From assembly GCA_013239625.1 (NCBI GenBank), contig MU054187.1:19150711-19214710 (forward strand): a stretch of DNA of 64,000 nucleotides, written 5' to 3'. The translations under genes and the position numbers were made by a program. Under the pieces are notes generated by a model, which was given only the letters and a program-made list of their open reading frames with translations, made no database searches and was not told the DNA's origin. Below are positions 52,751-64,000 of the stretch, one piece after another. Source of the stretch: Lama guanicoe (lineage: Eukaryota). The stretch's first letter is position 1, and each line of letters starts with the position of its first letter.

Positions 52751-53754
52751 AGTGTTTGTGACCTGTCATTAGAGACGGCTCCCTCTGCTTCTAAATGATC
52801 ACGTGGAGGCAAGGTGGCAAATTATGTTTGTCCCCACCACCACCCTGCTCAAGCCACCGAGGTGACTGTTAGACACCAGGCTCTAATCGCCAGCCTGTGA
52901 GCCCAGGTGGGAACGCACCTGGGTGGTGATCCACAGTGTCCTTTCCAGCGCTTTTTGCCTCCTCTGTCGAAGAACTTCTGTTTTCCCTCTGCAGCTGAAA
53001 GGCTGGCCTTCTGGCTGAAACAAGTTAAACGATGGATTCATTTATTCCAGGAAGACAAGCAAGGCACTGAATGTCATAATGCGGTTCACCTGATTTGTGC
53101 TCTCTGGTTAAAAATACAGACAGTCACTCTCTAGCATATGATTTGTTTGCTTTTTGCTAAGTTAGAACACATCCAGATCCAAGTTGTTACCTACTTTTGA
53201 GAAAATTCGTATGGGAAAATCTGAATCACAAACCAGACAGATTTAGGGGTGAATATTCTTATCTCAGAAAGGATCCTTCAAACTCCAAAAGCATTTAAAA
53301 GACTTGAACACTCCCCTACGCCCACCCCCTGCCAGCCTCCGGGGTGGGGCAATCTCTACCTCAGTCAGTGGTGCTGATTCATAAAGCGTCACAATTAAAA
53401 ATGTATTCCTTCTGCTGTAGACTCAGTCTTGTTGGAATGAAAATGCTTTTGAGGAAATGATGAGGTTAAAAGGTAGTCATTTACACCTCAGTGTAAAATG
53501 AGTTTAATCACTTCCTTCTTGAGAGCAGGTTGTCAAGAAGGGAAGAGACTAGTTGCAACTGGGTTCCTGAAAAGAGACAGAGGAACAATAGGAGTGGCAA
53601 TAAAGGCAAAAAGAGAGTCTGGGGGCCTCAGAACATTGATGTTTGGGGCTTCACAATTCTGGGAAAAGGTAGCCTTTTAAAGAGAGTAGTTTTTTGTTTT
53701 TGGATTTTTGGGGGGTTTTTTTTGGTATTTTGTTTGGCTTCTGTTTTTCTGTCT

Positions 53755-53941
53755 GTCTGATAGAACTTTCTGTGGCAGTGGAAGCATTCTATAGCCACAC
53801 TGTTCCAATGTGGTAGCTACGAGCCAGATATGGTTACTGAGCACTTGAAATATGATTACTGTGACTGAGGAACTGAATTTTAAATTTTCTTTCATTTTAA
53901 TAGCTGTGTGTGGGTAATAGCACCTCTATTAGGCCATGCAG
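53755..53941 (+). mobile_element. MER3-like hAT DNA transposon relic
   Basis: tagaactttctg…gagcacttgaaat…gtgactgaggaactgaattttaaat matches the recalled MER3 core. Confidence 0.75.
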
Positions 53942-54007
53942 CTTTGGAGCATTTGAAACATTGAATTTGCCCACAAATCTTCAGGAATAAGGAATTACAT
54001 GAAGTCA

Positions 54008-55376
54008 GTGTGGTGGCAGCTTCTCAGATGGCCCCCCAGTGACCCTGCCTCCCTGAGGAGACAGCCTCCTTTTGAGCAGAGGCTAGACCTGCCCACATGC
54101 TTCTAACAAGGGAATATGGCGGCCCACTTCCGGCTCCTCTCCTCAGCATGGCTGCTTTGGGTACACTGCTCTCCACAGGTGTCCAGAGCAGTGGGGTTAG
54201 GGCGGGCAGCCGGTGGCGACTCCAGCAAGGCCCTGCTGCCAGCCCCTCCAGCTACGGGACCCTTCAGGAACTCCCAGACTGGTCTTAAGTGAATGGCCGC
54301 CCTGCTCCTCCAGTGAAAGGCCAGCTTGGAAGGAAAGCCCACAGGGAAAAGTCTGCAAGACGAGTTGTGCTGCTGTCACAGGAAATGGACGCTGGATTAC
54401 AGGCATGGCAGCTCAGGCAGCAGGAGAAGGTGCAGGAAGAAGAAAGGAGGCAGAAGAATGCTCTTAAACCCCACGGGGCCTCTACTGCAGAACCCACAGC
54501 CAAGTCAGTAAAAAGCTCTGGCTCCCTTCCCCAGCCTCTCTCCGGCTTTCTTTTCTATCACCTAGATGCATCATCCCAGCCAGAAGAAAGCCTTCATAAA
54601 ACGTGCCCCATCTGTCTTCAGAGCCAAAAGGATAGACACCTGTAAGATCACTGCTTGGAAGGGCTGGCTCAGTGCCCTCATCCCCGGCTCCATTCCAGTC
54701 CAGCAGAACCTTGCTCTGGGGTATTTGCCCCTCGTTTTCAGGCCACAGGACTGGCCCACCTATGAGCAGTAGCTGCTCTGCGAACATGAAAAGGGGGAAC
54801 ACTTTTCCTGGTTTTAGCCAGGCACTCAAGCTTTTAACAGCCCATACACAGCTCCGGCCACATGCAGCAATGCATTTCATAAATGTTTTGATGAAAAAGG
54901 AAAAAAAAGAGAATATGGCAAAAGTAGTGGGGTGTCACTTCCAAGGTCAGGTGAAAAAGAGACTGTGACTCTGTCTGGAGCACACTCTATGGCTCTCTCA
55001 CTCCTCTGATCTGAGGGCAGCCAGCTGCCACTGTCATCAGTCGCCCTATGGGAGGTCCCTCTGGAAAGTAAGTGATGTCCCCAGTCAACAGCCAACAAGT
55101 GGCTGAGGCCTGAGGTCCAATACTCCTCAAGGGACTAACTGCTGTCAGCAGCCATGAGAGAGAGCTGGGGAGTGGCTTCTCTGCCATTAGAGCCACAAGG
55201 TGACTGCAGCCCTGGCCGACACCTAGAGTGCAGCCTTGTGAGTCTTGGAGCTAAAGTCACCCAACTAAGCCATGATGAATTCCTGACCCACCCCCGAAAA
55301 AGTGAGCTAATAAATGTGTGTTGTCTTAAGTCACTACATTTGGGGGAAATTTATTACACAGCAATAGACTGTAATA
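54008..55376 (+). mobile_element. MaLR (MLT1F-like) LTR split by the MRPL52 retrocopy
   Basis: LTR sequence at 54008-54120 resumes after 54907 and ends taaatgtgtgttgtcttaagtcacta…cacagcaatagactgtaata. Confidence 0.78.
54121..54906 (+). pseudogene. MRPL52: MRPL52 (mitochondrial ribosomal protein mL52) processed pseudogene
   Basis: Intronless. The ATG at 54148 gives [72 protein letters not shown]…NALKP…QPSQ*, matching recalled MRPL52. It has a premature TAA at 54286-54288, a ~4-codon N-terminal deletion and a frameshift near 54480. An A-rich tail starts at 54894. TSDs are aagggaatatggc (54108-54120) and aagagaatatggc (54907-54919). Confidence 0.93.
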
Positions 55377-55398
55377 TGGTTAGGCCTATTTAAAATAC

Positions 55399-55474
55399 AT
55401 AGCTCAGTGGTAGAGCATTTGCTTAGCGTGCATGAGGTCCTAGGTCCCAGTACCTCCACTAAAAAAAAAAAAAA
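55399..55474 (+). mobile_element. Short, truncated tRNA-derived SINE
   Basis: atagctcagtggtagagc…cccagtacctcca followed by poly-A; flanked by aaatacat repeats. Confidence 0.82.
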
Positions 55475-56378
55475 TTTTTTTTAAATACATTTGTACTGGT
55501 TAGGGGATCATTAGATCCAGGGAAACCTCCAAATATCAGTGTCTAATGCAATAAAATTTCTGTTCTTTTAAAAGTCCAATGTGGGTGGTCTTCTGATGGT
55601 CATTTAGGGGCTCAGCGCCTTTTCAGTTTTGACTGTACCATTTTTAACTTAGAAATCCGTTTTTATTCCAGCCAACTAAAAGACGGAAGTTGCAGAGTGG
55701 AGCCATGGGTGAGATGTTTCGGTGGGAGAACAGCCCTGGAGATGACGCATACCAGTTCTGCCCCTGTTCTGCTGGCCAGACCTCAGTCAAATGATCCCAC
55801 TGAACCATCAGTCAGACTGGGAGACCTGACCCGTGTCCAGGGTGAACGAGAAGCAGGTTCTGGGACCTTTGCCACAACACAGCATCCTTTAGGGTAGTAA
55901 GCTCCTTGACCAAAACAAGCCTTTTCATGCCTGGCCAAACCCCAGGATGGTGCAGACAAGACCTCTTTACACATAACAGGTGACGGTGATGACAGAATGG
56001 GAAAGAGACTGATTGTGCCCCCTAGCTCACGAAGTTGTCAGAATGTTCTAGTCCTCTAAGTGTCCATGAGTTAGCCCAAAGTTAACCGAATCAAAATTGT
56101 TTCTAGGAAGGCAGGGCCACAGTTTCGGAAATGACGATGGAAAACACGTCGGTACATGTTCAGAGGGGATTTCCGAACTCCAGAGTAGGAGCCAGGATGG
56201 AATTCCATGAGCTGAGGCATCCCTCAGATGTGATTCCAAAGGTACTGTCAAGTCTCTCATTGCTTCCGAGACCAGCTCGGATTTTCCGGCTGCTGCTCCC
56301 AATGTGACCATCAGTCCTAAGGGGTATAGCTAAAGGGAAGGAAAGAAAAGATGATTTTGATTGACTTTTGTGGCTTTA

Positions 56379-56528
56379 GAACATATTTTTTTTGTACAAT
56401 TTTATTTATTTTGTGGGGGAAGGTAATTAGATTTATTTATTTATTTTTAGATGGAGGGACTGGGGATTGAACCCAGGATCTCATGTGTTGCTAAGCATGC
56501 ACTCTACCACTGAGCTATACCCTCCGTC
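56379..56528 (-). mobile_element. tRNA-derived SINE
   Basis: ggggattgaacccagg…ctctaccactgagctataccctcc plus an AT-rich tail. Confidence 0.88.
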
Positions 56529-56977
56529 TGATTTCTGCAGCTTTAAATTGAGGAGCTGTCACTCTTGTATCAATACATTTTTAAAAAAATATCACCCCTC
56601 CTCTCATCTCCCTGCACCCTTCCACCTACCTCCCCCTTAACCTGGTAGCTTGTTCCCAACAACTGAGTCAGTGAAGATGAGGTTGTTAATTGAAGTAGTC
56701 ACATAACCAAGAGAGAAAGAAAGGAAGGAAGGAAAGAAGGAAGAAAGGGAAAGAGGTTAAAAAAAAGAAAGAAATTTAAAAAAAATAAAAAGAAAGAATG
56801 AAAGGAAAGAGAAGAATGTATGGGGCGCATCTGAAGGCAGATTTCCCAGGTGCTAATGGAGTTCAGGCTCCTCCGAGGCTGAGGGCGCTCCTCCAGCCAG
56901 GAGCCAGAGAAGCAGCTGCTCCAGCACATGCCCAAGGCTGGGCGTCCTGCCCTAGTCTGGGCGTCCTCTGTGATACA

Positions 56978-57440
56978 GAATTTTTAACAGCTTTATTGAG
57001 ATATGATACACAGAACATGAAACAAACGCATTAATTTAAATGTGAATTTAGCACAATTCACTGCGTTTTAGTATGTTCACAGAGTTGTGCAACCATCACC
57101 ACATCTAACTTTCGTACGTTTTCATTAAAAGAAACCCGGAACCCATTAGCAGTCAGTCTCCCCATTCCTGGCCCGACTCCCTTAACGCAGGCAACCACAA
57201 ATCTACTTTCTGTTTCTATAGACTTGTCCATTCTGGGCATTTCATGTAACAGGAGTCGTATAACATGTGCTTTTTTTGTGACTGGCTTTTTTCATTTAGC
57301 GTAAAGTTGTCAAGGTTCACCTATGTTGTGGCATGCATCAGAACCTTACTTCTTTTCACTGATGAATAATAGTCCGTGGTATGGCTATACCACAATTTCT
57401 TTATGCAGTCATCACTCGTTGGGCATTTGGATTGATTGTA
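56978..57440 (-). mobile_element. Old L1 3' end
   Basis: cagctttattgagata…gttgtgcaaccatcaccaca…aatctactttctgtttctatagacttg. Confidence 0.78.
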
Positions 57441-58014
57441 TTTACTTTTGTGTCTATTTAGTATACACCCTGCCAGTGGTCCCAGAGTTGTGGGTGGGAG
57501 TGGCAGAATGCCAGACTAGTTTCGTATCCACCTGGCCTCTTGTGACAACTTGCCTCTGGAAGTTGTCAGGGAGCATGAGGGCTTTTGTTCTGATTCCTGG
57601 AGAAGGATCTGAAACTGAGGCTGCTCTGTGCCCTGGTCAGGGTACACTAAGACCCAGGCTTCCAGGTGGCTTCCCTCTGCCCCAGGACCAGCCCAATGTG
57701 GGTAGGACGATGAGGGAGAGTGAAAGGACCTGACCTAACGCAGCCAGCTGCTAGGGAGCCACGCCAACTCTGATCAAAGAGCCAAAGTTCTCCGAGGGCT
57801 TGCTCTAGCAAGAAACCCTGCCTGAGCAAGAAACTGGAGGAAGATGTAACTGCGGCTTTCCTCATAGCTGTAAGACATTTTTCTAAACTGTCATTTTTTT
57901 TTTTTAAGTGTGGTCAACTGTGCTAAAGGAAAGGCTGGATTATCCTTCTACTTTTTCAATAGAAACACATTACAAAATTATTTTCATAAGAAGAAATAAT
58001 AAGAGTACAGAGAG

Positions 58015-61000
58015 AGGAGTGATGTCAGTGAAACTGGTAAAGAGTGCCAACATGCTTCTCCATAAAAGCAAAGAAGAACCTGGCAAAAATGGTCAGAATC
58101 AACTTTCTCACAACCCTGGAAACTAACTAAGGGCTTGCAGTAATCAGGGAGTGCTTATTCAAGGAAAATAGTGCATCTCTGTAAGAATAGTCAGCTTTGC
58201 AGCATTTTTATCTAGCCTGGGCCCAGCCCCACAGCCCAGCTCAGAGGTAGCCTTGAAAAGACAGCCCGCTTTTCCAGAACCAAAGGGACAGAATGGACCT
58301 CATTTACAAAGGACTGTAATTTTTTTCTTTTTATTTGGTGGCTCCATGGAAGATTTCAAAACATTTGTCTTTATTTGCCCTGATTTGGAAGTGGACCAGT
58401 TCAAAAGCTACTGGGAAGGAATGGGGCATTTGTCCAAAGTATTTACAGGCAAATATTTTAGTTGCTGCTGCCTGAGGCTATAGATAACAGTCAGTATAAA
58501 CCACAAAGCTTGGGCGGAAAGACTGGGAAGTGAGATGTCCTTAAAGGCTTTGAAAACACACGCATATTCCTGGGAATCTAGAATGCCATGGGTGCTCAGG
58601 AACAATATGAGAAAGCTGTAGGATCTGACCTCTGGCTGACCTTGAGAATCTGCATCAGGAGAGGGCGAAGGCTAAGGCAGAGCTGTGAACTGCCAGGCTG
58701 AGTGATGACGACACGCCCACCCCACATACACAGAGCCCCTTGACCAAAATTTTGAAATATTTTTGGTATCAGGCATTTAAGGAAATTCTGTCCAATCATT
58801 AGCTGACCACTAATCTAACAGAACAGTGACTTCAATGGCCAAGTATGGCAAAGAATACAGGCTTTTCAGAATTAGTTCATAAAAGTCATCATATAAATAA
58901 ACAACAATAATTAAAATAAACAGCAAACAATAAACCTTGAAAAGAGAAGACAACCTAATTTCCAGAGTTGGCCACATTATAATATTCAAAATGTTTGCTT
59001 TTCAACTAAAAATTATGGAACATGCAAAGAAAAAAAGAACATATGGTGCAAACACAGGAAAAATAAAAATTAGTAGAAGCTGTCCCTGAGGAGGTCCAGA
59101 CATTGAACTTACTAGTAAAAGACTTTAAATGAACTACATAAAATATGTTCAAAGAGCTAAGGGAAACCATATCTGAAGGACTAAAGGAAAGTATCAGAAT
59201 GATGTCTTACCAAATAAAGAATATCAATAAAAAGAAAGTATATTTTTAAAGGGTCAAATAGAAATTCTAGAGCTGAAAAGTACAATAACTGAAATTAAAA
59301 ATTTACCAGAGTTGTTCAACAGCAGATTTGAGCACGTAGAAGAATCAACAACTTGCAGAAAGGTCAATTGAGATTATCCAGCCTGAGGAAAAAAAGAAAA
59401 AAGAATGAAGTAAAAAATGAATGAAGTCTTAGGAACCTGTGGGACACCATCATATGCATAAGGCCAGTCCTAGAAGGAGAGGAAAAAGAGGAAGGAGGGG
59501 AGAAGTGTTTGAAGAACTAATGGCAGAAAACTAAAATTTGATAAAAAGCATACTCTGCACATCCAAGAATCTCAATAAACTCCAAGTAGGATAAACTCAA
59601 AGAGATCCACAATGATCCACATTATAATCAAACTATCGAAAGATAAAAACAAAGAATCTTGAGTGCACAGAGAGAAAAATGACTCATCACCTCCAAGGGC
59701 ACCTTAATAAGATAAACAGCTGATTTTTTTTATCAGAAACCATGGAGGCCAGAAAGCAGCAGAACAAGGCACTTGAAGTGCTCAAAGAGAAAAAAAGTCA
59801 ATGAAAAATGTCTAATAAAAGTATCTTTTAAAAATGAAGAGAAATAAAGATATTCCCAGGTAAACAAAAAGAGAGTTTGTTGCTACCAGGCTCATCTTAC
59901 AAGAAATGCTAAAGAAAGTCCTTAGGCTGAAACAAAAGGACACTAGATGCTAATTTGTAGCCATATGAAGCAAAAAGTTCTCCAATAAAGTTAACTAAAT
60001 GAGTAAACATAAAAGACAGTATTGCTATATTTTTTGTTTGCAACTAAATTTTTTTCTATCTGATTTAAAGACAACTGCATAAAGCGATATTTATCAATCC
60101 ATCCCAATGGGCACACAGTGTATACGGATATAACATGTAGTGGTAACAGCAGTAACAGTAAGATCAACAGAGAAGGAAAACTGAGCAATGTGGGAGCGAA
60201 TATTTGGCATACTGTAATTAAGCTTGTATTAATCTGAACTAGATTGTTATAAATTTAGAGGTTAATTGTAATCCCCAGGGCAACCATTAGGAAAAGAACT
60301 CAAAAATATGTAGTGGAAGGAATGACAAAGAACTAAAATGGCACACTAGAAAATATATATTTAACAAAAAAAAGGGCAGTAATGCAGGAGTTGAGGGCCA
60401 AAAAATATATAAGACATATAGAAAGCAAATAGCAAAATGGCAGGAATTCTTCCTTACAATGTAAATGAATTTAACCCTCCAATTAAAAAAAAACCAAATT
60501 GATAAAATGGATTTAAAAAGATCCAATTATATGATGTCTCACAAAAGACTCATTTTAGATTCAAAGATTACAAATAGGTTGAAAAGGTAAATCTACAGAG
60601 ACAGAAAGGAGATTGCCAGAGCAGACTTGTGGAGGGGAAAGTGGAAAATAATTGCTTAATGGGTATGGGGTTTCTTTGTGGGGTGATGAATATGTTCTGG
60701 AACTAGACAGAAGTGATGATTGCACAACATTGAGAATGTACTAAGTCCCACTTGAACTGTTCACTTTAAAGTGGTTAATTTCATGTGATGTGAGTTTCAC
60801 TGAAATAATTTTTTAAAAAGAAATACAGAACTGTTACAAGCTTACAACATGAATGAATCTTTAAAGTGTTGTGCTAAGTGAAAGAAAGTGGACACAAAAG
60901 ACCACATATACTGTATGATAAAATTTATATGAAATGCCCAGGATAGGCAAATCCACAGGGACAGAAAGCAGATTAGTGTTTGCAGGGAAGAGGGATTGAC

Positions 61001-61160
61001 TACTAATGGTGACAGAGATTTTAGGGGAGTGATAGAAATGTTTTGCAATTAGATAGTGATGGTTGCATGACATAGTGAATATACAAGAAAATACTGAATT
61101 GTATGCTTTCAAATTGTGAACTTTATGGAATATAACTTTGGTCTCAATTTTTAAAAAGTA
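58015..61160 (+). mobile_element. Old L1 5' region and ORF1 remnant followed by L1 3'-end fragments
   Basis: A-rich plus strand with ORF1-type phrases (tgggacaccatc, cacattataatcaaact, cagaaaccatggaggccagaa); 3'-end motifs at ~60590-60810 and 60850-61160. Confidence 0.78.
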
Positions 61161-61269
61161 TCAGAGAAAAGACATACGGGAAAAGAGTTGTGTCAGCCAG
61201 TTAATTCATAACAGTGATAATAAAATTATTATGCCATTTTTCTGAATTTTGCGATGCTTTCCAGCTTTT

Positions 61270-61411
61270 AAAATTTTTTTTATTTATTTCTTTGATCAGG
61301 GGAGGTAATCAGGCTTCTTATTTATTTATTTTAACAGAACCACTGAGGATTGAACCCAGGACCTCGTGCATACAAACCATGTATTCTACCACTTGAGCTA
61401 TCCCCTCGCCC
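61270..61411 (-). mobile_element. tRNA-derived SINE
   Basis: SINE head and tail; TSD gcttt(c/t)cagctttt. Confidence 0.85.
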
Positions 61412-62271
61412 GCTTTTCAGCTTTTTATTATTTGTAGTTTGTTGTGATGTCTTCTCTCACTCCAAATGAGTATTTATTTTGGTATCTATTTTCTGTTTTT
61501 TTCCTCTTTCCTAAGAAGGCTCTTGAAGTTAATTAAACTTCAGGTCCCATAAAACCAGAAACTCAGCCACCCGTTGCTCTACAAGATTAAGGAATTCTGT
61601 CACCAGGCAAGCTGTGCAGTTTCAAGGGGAGTCACTGCCGACTCCTCCACATCTCTCTACCCTGACCCACTGTTCCCCCACTCTCCGGGGATGCCCTTCT
61701 GTCCCCATCACTTACACCGCCACTGCCTTCATCCGGATTAATAGCGCCAGGCAGACTCTGGCAATCACCTACCTGTTCTCCAGTTTCACAAACCACTGCC
61801 TCCAATCCTCCTCCAAATGGCTGCCAGGGAAAATCTTGCCGAAACACACATTGTCTCCTTTCTTCCCTTCTCATCTCTACCGAGAAGCCTTCCAAGGCTC
61901 TTTATCTGTAGGATGAAGAACACATTCCTGAACAGGTCCCAGCCTGTCTTTCCAGACCCGTCTCATGGTCTTTCCCTCATTGAAACATGTCTCTGCATCA
62001 CGACTCATGCCCGCCTCTTCCCTGTTCTCCAGACTCCCACGTTTTCCATGTCTCTTCTTATCTCCTGTGCAGTTCTTCTCCTGCCCAGGGTAACCTCCCT
62101 CATCTTCTCGGGGAGTTCTTCATCTGTCTGTACTCAGCTCAGGTGTTGTTTCTACAAGGTTTCCCGGTGCCCTCTGCGGCTTTTCTCATCCTTGTACTTA
62201 CTGGTACAGATACGTATGCATTCTACACATTTACCTGTTTACAAATCACCTCAACATTTGAACTATTTCCC

Positions 62272-62358
62272 TATATATGTGTGTGTGTGTGTGTTTGTGT
62301 GTGTGTATTATGTATATATAATATATATATTAATGTATATATATAAAACATACATATG
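62272..62358. repeat. (TG)n/(TA)n simple repeat
   Basis: Direct reading. Confidence 0.85.
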
Positions 62359-64000
62359 TTTTAAATTTGTTTCCTAAAGAATTAGGGGTCTATCAACATA
62401 CCTAAGGCAGGGATAGCATCTTATCTATTTAAAAAATATTTTCCTTGGTAGTTACTGCATTTTCTGCATACAGTATGCACTTACCCACGTGCCAGGCATT
62501 GATATCACGGAGTAAATGCTTTCTTAATGTAATTGAATTACAAATATCTATATACATGTGTGTGTATTTAATAGTTCTTTTCCTTAAGGACTTTAGATAT
62601 TGAATAAAGAAACAAGCACACGAGAACAATGAAGGCTACTACTATTATAACTAAGTGTCAAGCACTATACTGCAGACTAGTGAAATGGGAGGTGAAGAAC
62701 CTTGAGACTCCTAACACAGGGAGAGAATTTTAAGATTTTCAAGGGGAGACAAGGGAATTATTTGATCCCGGTGGGACGCATTTGAGTAATTTAGCATTTT
62801 CTTTGGGTGTATGATCTTCTTGTACTGAGATGAAAGACATACAGGAATTTAAGAACTTTTACGACTCCAGTGAAAGTTCCCTCCCGCCAAACGGCAACAC
62901 CATTTTGCAAGGGAGAGGGAAATGGGGACCCGGCTAGGTTCACTGAGTCCATTTATGGAACCAAAATAAAAGGAAGCGCATTTCGTTTTCCTCCCAGGGG
63001 AGGTGGCAGGCAGGGCTTTGCCAAGGACTCAGTGATGGGTTAGTAGAAAGTAGAAGACACCTTCCTCACCTTGTTTTGCTGGACTAGAATTCCCAGAAGA
63101 CTGCAAAAAACAAGACAAACTTACACTCTAGTTCTTTGTGTGGGAGGAGGAGGGGAAAGTCACCTCTCTTCTGGTACGCTGATGCAAAGGAGATTTGTAA
63201 GCTCCTGGGGGAGGCATGTGGCTTACTTACTGTGCGTATTTTATATATCTTAATGTCTTTGGCTTTCTTCTTTTTCTCTCTCTCTGTGATGAGTCTGCTT
63301 TGGAAGGCTTGCTCGGATGCTTTTCCCCTTCCTTTCTTGCTCGCGACCCAAAGTCTGCCTGTGCCCAGCACCCAAGCACCGCAGAGACACTCGGGAGGAC
63401 TTGACTCTGCCTGAGAGTATGAAGGATGACGTACCAAGAGGAGAAGATACTCTCTGTTCCGGAAGAACCGCTCTTTAATGGAGGGACTAAATATAAATCA
63501 TGAGATGAACCAAGGGAAGTATTTTGGGTATTTAACAGAAAATCTCAAACCACAGCAAAATAAGTGACTTTGACACTTTGTTCCTTTTTTCCTTCCTTCA
63601 GCAAACCACTGAGTGTGTGCTATGTGATCGGCACTGGGCTAAGCATTTGAATGACACTGATGGATAAGTACCCAAAGGAGGGAGACTCAAAGAATCTTGC
63701 AAGTAAATGTAAAGAAGTGTCACTGTGTGCTCAGAAGAGAAGTTAGGGCTGGAGTGGGGTGGGTGGGGTGGGGTGGAGGCACTCTTAGGTAAAGAGGACC
63801 TCCCACACCAAAGCCCTGCAGCCAGAGGACACGGGATGGCTCACAGGACCCCAAGTCTGGAAGCACAGCTGGGCCTCAGGGGAGCCTGGAGCCTGGCCTA
63901 GAAAGTTTCTCTCTTTGTCTGTCTCTGTGTCTCTCTCTCTCTCCTTCACATTCTTTCCCTGCTCCTTCCCGTGCCTGCAATCCTCTTTGCTGTCCCTGCA

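Noticed and set aside
52203..52769. 188-aa minus-strand ORF
   Set aside because: It is explained by the high GC of the CpG island and has no homology that I recognise.
61817..62377. 186-aa plus-strand ORF
   Set aside because: It lies in pyrimidine-rich, repeat-like DNA, runs into a microsatellite, and has no protein-like features.
1..64000. CRISPR array, operon or other novel multi-gene system
   Set aside because: The window is mammalian intronic and intergenic DNA. There are no regularly spaced repeat-spacer arrays or clustered long ORFs.

Overview
This is mammalian genomic DNA, very probably camelid, inferred from tRNA-Ala-derived SINEs of the camelid vic-1 type and cetartiodactyl-type L1 ends. 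It contains the 5' end of ZNF704 on the minus strand: a CpG-island promoter, a first coding exon (ATG at 35745, donor after 35247) interrupted by a 73-N assembly gap, and about 35 kb of intron 1 running off the left edge. The right 28 kb is upstream intergenic DNA. It holds a second, orphan CpG-rich island (~52.2-52.75 kb) and a disabled MRPL52 processed pseudogene inserted into a MaLR LTR. The rest is mostly L1, L2, MIR, MaLR/ERVL LTR, MER DNA-transposon relics and microsatellites. I see no evidence of a novel multi-gene system. The most notable oddities are: the mouse-like acidic N-terminal extension of ZNF704; an internally deleted L1 joining a 5'UTR to the 3' end; a perfect 153-bp SINE tandem duplication with a fold-back junction; and a possible splice route from the orphan CpG island into the MRPL52 retrocopy. 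Gene and repeat identities come from recalled sequences, not database searches. Repeat boundaries are approximate unless target-site duplications (TSDs) are quoted.
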